This document shows positions 24,420-36,756 of a stretch of 64,000 bases of DNA, piece by piece (the first letter of the stretch is position 1; every line of letters begins with the position of its first letter). Location: positions 81,282,001 through 81,346,000 of the forward strand of contig NC_092355.1 in the NCBI RefSeq assembly GCF_963676685.1, given 5' to 3'. This stretch comes from Mytilus edulis (lineage: Eukaryota). A program made the position numbers and the translations under genes. Under the pieces are notes generated by a model. That model was not told the origin of the DNA. It saw nothing but the letters and a program-made list of their open reading frames with translations, and did no database searches.

Positions 24420-26431
24420 ACTGTTCCAGACTTCAGTCTGCAGAGGCTATTCAGCCACCAAAAGCCCTTTTAAGGGCTACCCAATTTATTCAAAAAGAAT
24501 CTACAATTGTTGTACATTAGTTATCAAACTAAATCTAGCTGAGCCCTACCCTTTTCTTTACTTTTCTCTGAACTTTGCACTGGTCTCTGAAATATTTTTT
24601 GGGGTCACATTATTTCCATTGTTTGTTTTATTTCACTCCTTATGACTATACTATTTCTAACACCTAAGTATGCAGCTGGGTTTTTTTTTTTTTTTTGATA
24701 TATTTTGTGTAGTTAGGCACCATTAAAGTTATATCAGTGTATTTTCACGCACTTATTTGAACTGAATATAACTTTTTCTATTCAGTTTTCGTTAGAGTGA
24801 CAATCTACGAAAATAGGAAGTCATGCTAGGGTTTTATTGTGCTCTTTTTTTTAGGGGGAAGGGGGTCAAAATCACACAGCTAACCTTCAACCGAAAAATC
24901 ATTTTTGTCATTATGTGAGTTTTTCCATTTCTCTCTTCTTCTTCGTATTCAACTTGACTGACATTTTTTGTTGGACTTTTTCTACACGTAAGCAAAGTCA
25001 AAGGTTGGCTCTCTATTTCATATCAACTAGTCAATGGGGAGGTAACTCTAAAATTAAACTCAGTACTTTTTTTCAGAACTATATAAATAAACTGTTAAAA
25101 TGTACATAATACAAAAGATGTATAACGTATCGTAAAAATCAGATTAGTAGCAAATGAATGCAGTGACGTTTGTCTGTTATTTATTTATTTTTTTATTTAT
25201 TACTTGTCAAAATTACTACAATAATATTGTGTATTAAAAGTTAAAAGGAAACTCTAAAGTATGGAGGTTTTTGTTCAACCTTTAACAGTTCTGCAATTAT
25301 TTTGTCATTTTATTACCTGCGATTTATTATGCAAATTTCACTATTCTCTACCTTTCGAATTTCATCTTTGTTTTACTCGTGTATAAAATAAATGCACCTA
25401 CTTGTTTCTATGTTTCTTTCAAATGGTTGTCCTGTGTTTTTTCTCTTCTTTTTTCTCTCTGTTATTTAGTGCGCGACGACTTGACTGTATCTTTGCTATG
25501 TCATTTTAATCTTTCCACAGCACGCGAGGTGAATAAACCCGAAACAATACAGTGACGTCACACGTGACTACTGTGATGAACAGAAACAAGGATGGATGGA
25601 CGGACAGTGGTACAAAAAGTAAGAAAAAGTTATTTCTCTGATAAAAGGTATCGCGTGAATTGTAGGTTCACGGTATAGGTTTTTTTCTCTCATTTTTGAA
25701 GATCATATATACAGTTGTCTATAATTGCTTACATCCACTTCCTTTGAACTATGGTGGATAGTTGTCTCATTGGCAATCATACCACATCTCCTTATTTTCA
25801 TATTGAAATGACAGCAACTTAACGACACACACAAACATAGCCTGCTAGTATATACGTACATGGGAGACTGAAAAATTCTGTGCTTATTGGTAAATGATAA
25901 AAAAAAACATTAAAACTTTAAGGTATGCTATGACTAAGCTTTAAATATAAGGTAGATAGGGAGTAGGAAACACACATATTTTTTTTTTTTATTTGGCCTT
26001 AATGAAGAAGAAAAGCACACACACAATATATTAGAACTTGTACTAACATCCATTAAACGCTATGCTAATATATGTCTTTAAAGAGAACCATTATTTTATT
26101 TTAATTTATTTTTTCTTCGTTTCAATCTTGGTTTTTGATTCTTTTTACATTAAATCTGTTTTTACTGTTGCAATAGTTTACAAATATTTTTAGTCCAAAT
26201 ACAATTCATTGATAATATATCCCCCCTTTTTTGTCCGGATTTTTTTTTTTTTTTTTTTTTTGAAAAAGGGGGGGGGGGGCTGGAGGTTTAGTTAAATGCA
26301 GTGGAAAAATGTTTTGCCCAAAGTCCAATGGTTCACACTGATGTGTTTTTGTCCTTCTGTCTCTTTTTAATCGTCCGTGTCACGGGATGCTGCTTCACCC
26401 TTTACCGGTTCTGGTTTCACTTGCATAGCTT

Positions 26432-26531
26432 NNNNNNNNNNNNNNNNNNNNNNNNNNNNNNNNNNNNNNNNNNNNNNNNNNNNNNNNNNNNNNNNNNNNN
26501 NNNNNNNNNNNNNNNNNNNNNNNNNNNNNNN
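26432..26531. other. Assembly gap (100 N) inside the array
   Basis: Run of 100 N; the flanks are out of phase with the 3693-bp period (ATG-to-ATG 4948). Confidence 0.99.
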
Positions 26532-28791
26532 AACCTTTAACAGTTCTGCAATTATTTTGTCATTTTATTACCTGCGATTTATTATGCAAATTTCACTATT
26601 CTCTACCTTTCGAATTTCATCTTTGTTTTACTCGTGTATAAAATAAATGCACCTACTTGTTTCTATGTTTCTTTCAAATGGTTGTCCTGTGTTTTTTCTC
26701 TTCTTTTTTCTCTCTGTTATTTAGTGCGCGACGACTTGACTGTATCTTTGCTATGTCATTTTAATCTTTCCACAGCACGCGAGGTGAATAAACCCGAAAC
26801 AATACAGTGACGTCACACGTGACTACTGTGATGAACAGAAACAAGGATGGATGGACGGACAGTGGTACAAAAAGTAAGAAAAAGTTATTTCTCTGATAAA
26901 AGGTATCGCGTGAATTGTAGGTTCACGGTATAGGTTTTTTCTCTCATTTTTGAAGATCATATATACAGTTGTCTATAATTGCTTACATCCACTTCCTTTG
27001 AACTATGGTGGATAGTTGTCTCATTGGCAATCATACCACATCTCCTTATTTTCATATTGAAATGACAGCAACTTAACGACACACACAAACATAGCCTGCT
27101 AGTATATACGTACATGGGAGACTGAAAAATTCTGTGCTTATTGGTAAATGATAAAAAAAAACATTAAAACTTTAAGGTATGCTATGACTAAGCTTTAAAT
27201 ATAAGGTAGATAGGGAGTAGGAAACACACATATTTTTTTTTTTTATTTGGCCTTAATGAAGAAGAAAAGCACACACACAATATATTAGAACTTGTACTAA
27301 CATCCATTAAACGCTATGCTAATATATGTCTTTAAAAGAGAACCATTATTTTATTTTAATTTATTTTTTCTTCGTTTCAATCTTGGTTTTTGATTCTTTT
27401 TACATTAAATCTGTTTTTACTGTTGCAATAGTTTACAAATATTTTTAGTCCAAATACAATTCATTGATAATATATCCCCCCTTTTTTGTCCGGATTTTTT
27501 TTTTTTTTTTTTTTTTGAAAAAGGGGGGGGGGGCTGGAGGTTTAGTTAAATGCAGTGGAAAAATGTTTTGCCCAAAGTCCAATGGTTCACACTGATGTGT
27601 TTTTGTCCTTCTGTCTCTTTTTAATCGTCCGTGTCACGGGATGCTGCTTCACCCTTTACCGGTTCTGGTTTCACTTGCATAGCTTATATAGGTATAATGC
27701 ATATGTATAGCCAGAGTCTTCACTGTGACACACATTCCCCTTTTTGAGGGGAAATAAATAACTTTTGTAATTGTCAATTAAGATACAAATGATATGTACC
27801 ACTGTCGAATTATAAAACTACAAAAATCTTCGTGTTTTGTTTTTGTTTTGTTGATTTTTTTTGTTTGTATCGAAACTTTCAGGCGGCCAGGCCACTTTGA
27901 GCTCAGATCATCGGTTATTGATAATAAAATTAATGAAATATATTTTGTTGAAAAATATGGTATATTCGATAAGACATATTCGAGTTTTTGACTTGAAAGT
28001 GCGCAAATTGTACATGCAAATGGAAATAAAAGCGAAGACGCATCATACAGAACAGTTGTTCAGTGCCTCAGATCCACTGAAAACAAAGTCGCTCTCTGAA
28101 AAGTTCCCAACGCTAGATTAAATAAAAAGATGTTTCAAATTCGTATTCTAGATATTGGGTTTGTTCATTCGACTCTTGAATGTTTGCGAAATTTCGCTCG
28201 GGTTGAATAAAAATGTTATTTGAAGTTTTAGTAAAAATCTGCAATTAAACAATGGCGCGTGAACTTTTTGTGTGTTTCCCTCTAGCTGGAAACAAACTTA
28301 TTACGAGGAGGAACATGCTTCCAGTGAATAAAAACGGAAAGAAACCTAAAGAGAAATGATTTTTCTTCCTCTGTACAATTTTACGACGATAGAATATTTG
28401 TGTAATGAGAAAAACTCGTAAATTTTCTGTCAACATACCTGCGAAGACAATTCAGTCGGTTCTACTTTAACTATTAATATCTTTTTACTGTGTACATCGA
28501 AAAATACACAGTTTATCTAACATGCAAGATTAATGACTGTTGAGCAATTTGGTATGCTATATGTGAATGTTTTTGATAGAATTATACTATAAATTATCAT
28601 AAAAGTCTTCGAAGAAGCACATAATCATTTTACCGAGATCGCGTAATGGATTTTACAAGTTATTTTTAAGGGTGTCTTCGTCGAGGTCCGCGTTCGTCTG
28701 TTATAAATAAACGAGGCCTGGAATGGCGTTATTTTCAAATCGTTATTCGTAGTATAAACTTCGTAAAGGATAATATTTTGAATCATTCAAA

Positions 28792-29367
28792 ATGGCAGAC
28801 GCAACAGCAGCACCAGCAGTAGCACCAGCTAAATCACCAAAGAAAAAGGCAGCAGCCAAGCCAAAGAAGCCTTCCGCACATCCTAAATACAGCGAGATGA
28901 TTGGAAAAGCCATCGCCGCTTTGAAAGAACGTGGAGGTTCTTCAAGGCAAGCAATTCTGAAGTACATCATGGCCAACTTCAACGTCGGAAAAGATGCCAA
29001 GTCAGTAAATGCTCATTTAAAACTTGCACTCAGAGCCGGAGTTAAGAACAACAGTTTGAAGCAGTCCAAGGGAACTGGAGCATCCGGATCTTTCAGAATT
29101 GGAGAGGCTAAAGTAGTTAAAAAGAAGCCAGCAAAGGCAAAGAAAGCAGCCAAACCTAAGGCCGCCAAGCCGAAGAAGGCAAAGAGCACACCCAAGAAGA
29201 AGAAGCCAGCAGCAAAGAAACCAGCTGGAGAAAAAAAGGCTGCCAAACCAAAGGCAAAAAAACCAGCAGCAAAGAAAGCAGCCAAGCCAAAGAAGCCAGC
29301 AGCCAAGTCACCAGCAAAAAAGAAGGCAGCCAAACCAAAAGCCAAGAAGACACCAAAGAAGAAGTAA
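28792..29367 (+). CDS. H1: Histone H1, copy 7
   Basis: Identical 191-aa ORF. Confidence 0.99.
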   Translation: MADATAAPAVAPAKSPKKKAAAKPKKPSAHPKYSEMIGKAIAALKERGGSSRQAILKYIMANFNVGKDAKSVNAHLKLALRAGVKNNSLKQSKGTGASGSFRIGEAKVVKKKPAKAKKAAKPKAAKPKKAKSTPKKKKPAAKKPAGEKKAAKPKAKKPAAKKAAKPKKPAAKSPAKKKAAKPKAKKTPKKK

Positions 29368-32300
29368 ACTGTTCCAGACTTCAGTCTGCAGAGGCTATTC
29401 AGCCACCAAAAGCCCTTTTAAGGGCTACCCAATTTATTCAAAAAGAATCTACAATTGTTGTACATTAGTTATCAAACTAAATCTAGCTGAGCCCTACCCT
29501 TTTCTTTACTTTTCTCTGAACTTTGCACTGGTCTCTGAAATATTTTTTGGGGTCACATTATTTCCATTGTTTGTTTTATTTCACTCCTTATGACTATACT
29601 ATTTCTAACACCTAAGTATGCAGCTGGGTTTTTTTTTTTTTTTTGATATATTTTGTGTAGTTAGGCACCATTAAAGTTATATCAGTGTATTTTCACGCAC
29701 TTATTTGAACTGAATATAACTTTTTCTATTCAGTTTTCGTTAGAGTGACAATCTACGAAAATAGGAAGTCATGCTAGGGTTTTATTGTGCTCTTTTTTTT
29801 AGGGGGAAGGGGGTCAAAATCACACAGCTAACCTTCAACCGAAAAATCATTTTTGTCATTATGTGAGTTTTTCCATTTCTCTCTTCTTCTTCGTATTCAA
29901 CTTGACTGACATTTTTTGTTGGACTTTTTCTACACGTAAGCAAAGTCAAAGGTTGGCTCTCTATTTCATATCAACTAGTCAATGGGGAGGTAACTCTAAA
30001 ATTAAACTCAGTACTTTTTTTCAGAACTATATAAATAAACTGTTAAAATGTACATAATACAAAAGATGTATAACGTATCGTAAAAATCAGATTAGTAGCA
30101 AATGAATGCAGTGACGTTTGTCTGTTATTTATTTATTTTTTTATTTATTACTTGTCAAAATTACTACAATAATATTGTGTATTAAAAGTTAAAAGGAAAC
30201 TCTAAAGTATGGAGGTTTTTGTTCAACCTTTAACAGTTCTGCAATTATTTTGTCATTTTATTACCTGCGATTTATTATGCAAATTTCACTATTCTCTACC
30301 TTTCGAATTTCATCTTTGTTTTACTCGTGTATAAAATAAATGCACCTACTTGTTTCTATGTTTCTTTCAAATGGTTGTCCTGTGTTTTTTCTCTTCTTTT
30401 TTCTCTCTGTTATTTAGTGCGCGACGACTTGACTGTATCTTTGCTATGTCATTTTAATCTTTCCACAGCACGCGAGGTGAATAAACCCGAAACAATACAG
30501 TGACGTCACACGTGACTACTGTGATGAACAGAAACAAGGATGGATGGACGGACAGTGGTACAAAAAGTAAGAAAAAGTTATTTCTCTGATAAAAGGTATC
30601 GCGTGAATTGTAGGTTCACGGTATAGGTTTTTTCTCTCATTTTTGAAGATCATATATACAGTTGTCTATAATTGCTTACATCCACTTCCTTTGAACTATG
30701 GTGGATAGTTGTCTCATTGGCAATCATACCACATCTCCTTATTTTCATATTGAAATGACAGCAACTTAACGACACACACAAACATAGCCTGCTAGTATAT
30801 ACGTACATGGGAGACTGAAAAATTCTGTGCTTATTGGTAAATGATAAAAAAAAACATTAAAACTTTAAGGTATGCTATGACTAAGCTTTAAATATAAGGT
30901 AGATAGGGAGTAGGAAACACACATATTTTTTTTTTTTATTTGGCCTTAATGAAGAAGAAAAGCACACACACAATATATTAGAACTTGTACTAACATCCAT
31001 TAAACGCTATGCTAATATATGTCTTTAAAAGAGAACCATTATTTTATTTTAATTTATTTTTTCTTCGTTTCAATCTTGGTTTTTGATTCTTTTTACATTA
31101 AATCTGTTTTTACTGTTGCAATAGTTTACAAATATTTTTAGTCCAAATACAATTCATTGATAATATATCCCCCCTTTTTTGTCCGGATTTTTTTTTTTTT
31201 TTTTTTTTTGAAAAAGGGGGGGGGGGGGCTGGAGGTTTAGTTAAATGCAGTGGAAAAATGTTTTGCCCAAAGTCCAATGGTTCACACTGATGTGTTTTTG
31301 TCCTTCTGTCTCTTTTTAATCGTCCGTGTCACGGGATGCTGCTTCACCCTTTACCGGTTCTGGTTTCACTTGCATAGCTTATATAGGTATAATGCATATG
31401 TATAGCCAGAGTCTTCACTGTGACACACATTCCCCTTTTTGAGGGGAAATAAATAACTTTTGTAATTGTCAATTAAGATACAAATGATATGTACCACTGT
31501 CGAATTATAAAACTACAAAAATCTTCGTGTTTTGTTTTTGTTTTGTTGATTTTTTTTGTTTGTATCGAAACTTTCAGGCGGCCAGGCCACTTTGAGCTCA
31601 GATCATCGGTTATTGATAATAAAATTAATGAAATATATTTTGTTGAAAAATATGGTATATTCGATAAGACATATTCGAGTTTTTGACTTGAAAGTGCGCA
31701 AATTGTACATGCAAATGGAAATAAAAGCGAAGACGCATCATACAGAACAGTTGTTCAGTGCCTCAGATCCACTGAAAACAAAGTCGCTCTCTGAAAAGTT
31801 CCCAACGCTAGATTAAATAAAAAGATGTTTCAAATTCGTATTCTAGATATTGGGTTTGTTCATTCGACTCTTGAATGTTTGCGAAATTTCGCTCGGGTTG
31901 AATAAAAATGTTATTTGAAGTTTTAGTAAAAATCTGCAATTAAACAATGGCGCGTGAACTTTTTGTGTGTTTCCCTCTAGCTGGAAACAAACTTATTACG
32001 AGGAGGAACATGCTTCCAGTGAATAAAAACGGAAAGAAACCTAAAGAGAAATGATTTTTCTTCCTCTGTACAATTTTACGACGATAGAATATTTGTGTAA
32101 TGAGAAAAACTCGTAAATTTTCTGTCAACATACCTGCGAAGACAATTCAGTCGGTTCTACTTTAACTATTAATATCTTTTTACTGTGTACATCGAAAAAT
32201 ACACAGTTTATCTAACATGCAAGATTAATGACTGTTGAGCAATTTGGTATGCTATATGTGAATGTTTTTGATAGAATTATACTATAAATTATCATAAAAG

Positions 32301-32486
32301 TCTTCGAAGAAGCACATAATCATTTTACCGAGATCGCGTAATGGATTTTACAAGTTATTTTTAAGGGTGTCTTCGTCGAGGTCCGCGTTCGTCTGTTATA
32401 AATAAACGAGGCCTGGAATGGCGTTATTTTCAAATCGTTATTCGTAGTATAAACTTCGTAAAGGATAATATTTTGAATCATTCAAA

Positions 32487-33062
32487 ATGGCAGACGCAAC
32501 AGCAGCACCAGCAGTAGCACCAGCTAAATCACCAAAGAAAAAGGCAGCAGCCAAGCCAAAGAAGCCTTCCGCACATCCTAAATACAGCGAGATGATTGGA
32601 AAAGCCATCGCCGCTTTGAAAGAACGTGGAGGTTCTTCAAGGCAAGCAATTCTGAAGTACATCATGGCCAACTTCAACGTCGGAAAAGATGCCAAGTCAG
32701 TAAATGCTCATTTAAAACTTGCACTCAGAGCCGGAGTTAAGAACAACAGTTTGAAGCAGTCCAAGGGAACTGGAGCATCCGGATCTTTCAGAATTGGAGA
32801 GGCTAAAGTAGTTAAAAAGAAGCCAGCAAAGGCAAAGAAAGCAGCCAAACCTAAGGCCGCCAAGCCGAAGAAGGCAAAGAGCACACCCAAGAAGAAGAAG
32901 CCAGCAGCAAAGAAACCAGCTGGAGAAAAAAAGGCTGCCAAACCAAAGGCAAAAAAACCAGCAGCAAAGAAAGCAGCCAAGCCAAAGAAGCCAGCAGCCA
33001 AGTCACCAGCAAAAAAGAAGGCAGCCAAACCAAAAGCCAAGAAGACACCAAAGAAGAAGTAA
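32487..33062 (+). CDS. H1: Histone H1, copy 8
   Basis: Identical 191-aa ORF. Confidence 0.99.
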   Translation: MADATAAPAVAPAKSPKKKAAAKPKKPSAHPKYSEMIGKAIAALKERGGSSRQAILKYIMANFNVGKDAKSVNAHLKLALRAGVKNNSLKQSKGTGASGSFRIGEAKVVKKKPAKAKKAAKPKAAKPKKAKSTPKKKKPAAKKPAGEKKAAKPKAKKPAAKKAAKPKKPAAKSPAKKKAAKPKAKKTPKKK

Positions 33063-36000
33063 ACTGTTCCAGACTTCAGTCTGCAGAGGCTATTCAGCCA
33101 CCAAAAGCCCTTTTAAGGGCTACCCAATTTATTCAAAAAGAATCTACAATTGTTGTACATTAGTTATCAAACTAAATCTAGCTGAGCCCTACCCTTTTCT
33201 TTACTTTTCTCTGAACTTTGCACTGGTCTCTGAAATATTTTTTGGGGTCACATTATTTCCATTGTTTGTTTTATTTCACTCCTTATGACTATACTATTTC
33301 TAACACCTAAGTATGCAGCTGGGTTTTTTTTTTTTTTTTGATATATTTTGTGTAGTTAGGCACCATTAAAGTTATATCAGTGTATTTTCACGCACTTATT
33401 TGAACTGAATATAACTTTTTCTATTCAGTTTTCGTTAGAGTGACAATCTACGAAAATAGGAAGTCATGCTAGGGTTTTATTGTGCTCTTTTTTTTAGGGG
33501 GAAGGGGGTCAAAATCACACAGCTAACCTTCAACCGAAAAATCATTTTTGTCATTATGTGAGTTTTTCCATTTCTCTCTTCTTCTTCGTATTCAACTTGA
33601 CTGACATTTTTTGTTGGACTTTTTCTACACGTAAGCAAAGTCAAAGGTTGGCTCTCTATTTCATATCAACTAGTCAATGGGGAGGTAACTCTAAAATTAA
33701 ACTCAGTACTTTTTTTCAGAACTATATAAATAAACTGTTAAAATGTACATAATACAAAAGATGTATAACGTATCGTAAAAATCAGATTAGTAGCAAATGA
33801 ATGCAGTGACGTTTGTCTGTTATTTATTTATTTTTTTATTTATTACTTGTCAAAATTACTACAATAATATTGTGTATTAAAAGTTAAAAGGAAACTCTAA
33901 AGTATGGAGGTTTTTGTTCAACCTTTAACAGTTCTGCAATTATTTTGTCATTTTATTACCTGCGATTTATTATGCAAATTTCACTATTCTCTACCTTTCG
34001 AATTTCATCTTTGTTTTACTCGTGTATAAAATAAATGCACCTACTTGTTTCTATGTTTCTTTCAAATGGTTGTCCTGTGTTTTTTCTCTTCTTTTTTCTC
34101 TCTGTTATTTAGTGCGCGACGACTTGACTGTATCTTTGCTATGTCATTTTAATCTTTCCACAGCACGCGAGGTGAATAAACCCGAAACAATACAGTGACG
34201 TCACACGTGACTACTGTGATGAACAGAAACAAGGATGGATGGACGGACAGTGGTACAAAAAGTAAGAAAAAGTTATTTCTCTGATAAAAGGTATCGCGTG
34301 AATTGTAGGTTCACGGTATAGGTTTTTTCTCTCATTTTTGAAGATCATATATACAGTTGTCTATAATTGCTTACATCCACTTCCTTTGAACTATGGTGGA
34401 TAGTTGTCTCATTGGCAATCATACCACATCTCCTTATTTTCATATTGAAATGACAGCAACTTAACGACACACACAAACATAGCCTGCTAGTATATACGTA
34501 CATGGGAGACTGAAAAATTCTGTGCTTATTGGTAAATGATAAAAAAAAACATTAAAACTTTAAGGTATGCTATGACTAAGCTTTAAATATAAGGTAGATA
34601 GGGAGTAGGAAACACACATATTTTTTTTTTTTATTTGGCCTTAATGAAGAAGAAAAGCACACACACAATATATTAGAACTTGTACTAACATCCATTAAAC
34701 GCTATGCTAATATATGTCTTTAAAAGAGAACCATTATTTTATTTTAATTTATTTTTTCTTCGTTTCAATCTTGGTTTTTGATTCTTTTTACATTAAATCT
34801 GTTTTTACTGTTGCAATAGTTTACAAATATTTTTAGTCCAAATACAATTCATTGATAATATATCCCCCCTTTTTTGTCCGGATTTTTTTTTTTTTTTTTT
34901 TTTTGAAAAAGGGGGGGGGGGGCTGGAGGTTTAGTTAAATGCAGTGGAAAAATGTTTTGCCCAAAGTCCAATGGTTCACACTGATGTGTTTTTGTCCTTC
35001 TGTCTCTTTTTAATCGTCCGTGTCACGGGATGCTGCTTCACCCTTTACCGGTTCTGGTTTCACTTGCATAGCTTATATAGGTATAATGCATATGTATAGC
35101 CAGAGTCTTCACTGTGACACACATTCCCCTTTTTGAGGGGAAATAAATAACTTTTGTAATTGTCAATTAAGATACAAATGATATGTACCACTGTCGAATT
35201 ATAAAACTACAAAAATCTTCGTGTTTTGTTTTTGTTTTGTTGATTTTTTTTGTTTGTATCGAAACTTTCAGGCGGCCAGGCCACTTTGAGCTCAGATCAT
35301 CGGTTATTGATAATAAAATTAATGAAATATATTTTGTTGAAAAATATGGTATATTCGATAAGACATATTCGAGTTTTTGACTTGAAAGTGCGCAAATTGT
35401 ACATGCAAATGGAAATAAAAGCGAAGACGCATCATACAGAACAGTTGTTCAGTGCCTCAGATCCACTGAAAACAAAGTCGCTCTCTGAAAAGTTCCCAAC
35501 GCTAGATTAAATAAAAAGATGTTTCAAATTCGTATTCTAGATATTGGGTTTGTTCATTCGACTCTTGAATGTTTGCGAAATTTCGCTCGGGTTGAATAAA
35601 AATGTTATTTGAAGTTTTAGTAAAAATCTGCAATTAAACAATGGCGCGTGAACTTTTTGTGTGTTTCCCTCTAGCTGGAAACAAACTTATTACGAGGAGG
35701 AACATGCTTCCAGTGAATAAAAACGGAAAGAAACCTAAAGAGAAATGATTTTTCTTCCTCTGTACAATTTTACGACGGTAGAATATTTGTGTAATGAGAA
35801 AAACTCGTAAATTTTCTGTCAACATACCTGCGAAGACAATTCAGTCGGTTCTACTTTAACTATTAATATCTTTTTACTGTGTACATCGAAAAATACACAG
35901 TTTATCTAACATGCAAGATTAATGACTGTTGAGCAATTTGGTATGCTATATGTGAATGTTTTTGATAGAATTATACTATAAATTATCATAAAAGTCTTCG

Positions 36001-36180
36001 AAGAAGCACATAATCATTTTACCGAGATCGCGTAATGGATTTTACAAGTTATTTTTAAGGGTGTCTTCGTCGAGGTCCGCGTTCGTCTGTTATAAATAAA
36101 CGAGGCCTGGAATGGCGTTATTTTCAAATCGTTATTCGTAGTATAAACTTCGTAAAGGATAATATTTTGAATCATTCAAA

Positions 36181-36756
36181 ATGGCAGACGCAACAGCAGC
36201 ACCAGCAGTAGCACCAGCTAAATCACCAAAGAAAAAGGCAGCAGCCAAGCCAAAGAAGCCTTCCGCACATCCTAAATACAGCGAGATGATTGGAAAAGCC
36301 ATCGCCGCTTTGAAAGAACGTGGAGGTTCTTCAAGGCAAGCAATTCTGAAGTACATCATGGCCAACTTCAACGTCGGAAAAGATGCCAAGTCAGTAAATG
36401 CTCATTTAAAACTTGCACTCAGAGCCGGAGTTAAGAACAACAGTTTGAAGCAGTCCAAGGGAACTGGAGCATCCGGATCTTTCAGAATTGGAGAGGCTAA
36501 AGTAGTTAAAAAGAAGCCAGCAAAGGCAAAGAAAGCAGCCAAACCTAAGGCCGCCAAGCCGAAGAAGGCAAAGAGCACACCCAAGAAGAAGAAGCCAGCA
36601 GCAAAGAAACCAGCTGGAGAAAAAAAGGCTGCCAAACCAAAGGCAAAAAAACCAGCAGCAAAGAAAGCAGCCAAGCCAAAGAAGCCAGCAGCCAAGTCAC
36701 CAGCAAAAAAGAAGGCAGCCAAACCAAAAGCCAAGAAGACACCAAAGAAGAAGTAA
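36181..36756 (+). CDS. H1: Histone H1, copy 9
   Basis: Identical 191-aa ORF. Confidence 0.99.
   Translation: MADATAAPAVAPAKSPKKKAAAKPKKPSAHPKYSEMIGKAIAALKERGGSSRQAILKYIMANFNVGKDAKSVNAHLKLALRAGVKNNSLKQSKGTGASGSFRIGEAKVVKKKPAKAKKAAKPKAAKPKKAKSTPKKKKPAAKKPAGEKKAAKPKAKKPAAKKAAKPKKPAAKSPAKKKAAKPKAKKTPKKK

Noticed and set aside
26301-26646. ORFs spanning the N run
   Set aside because: Artefacts of the assembly gap.
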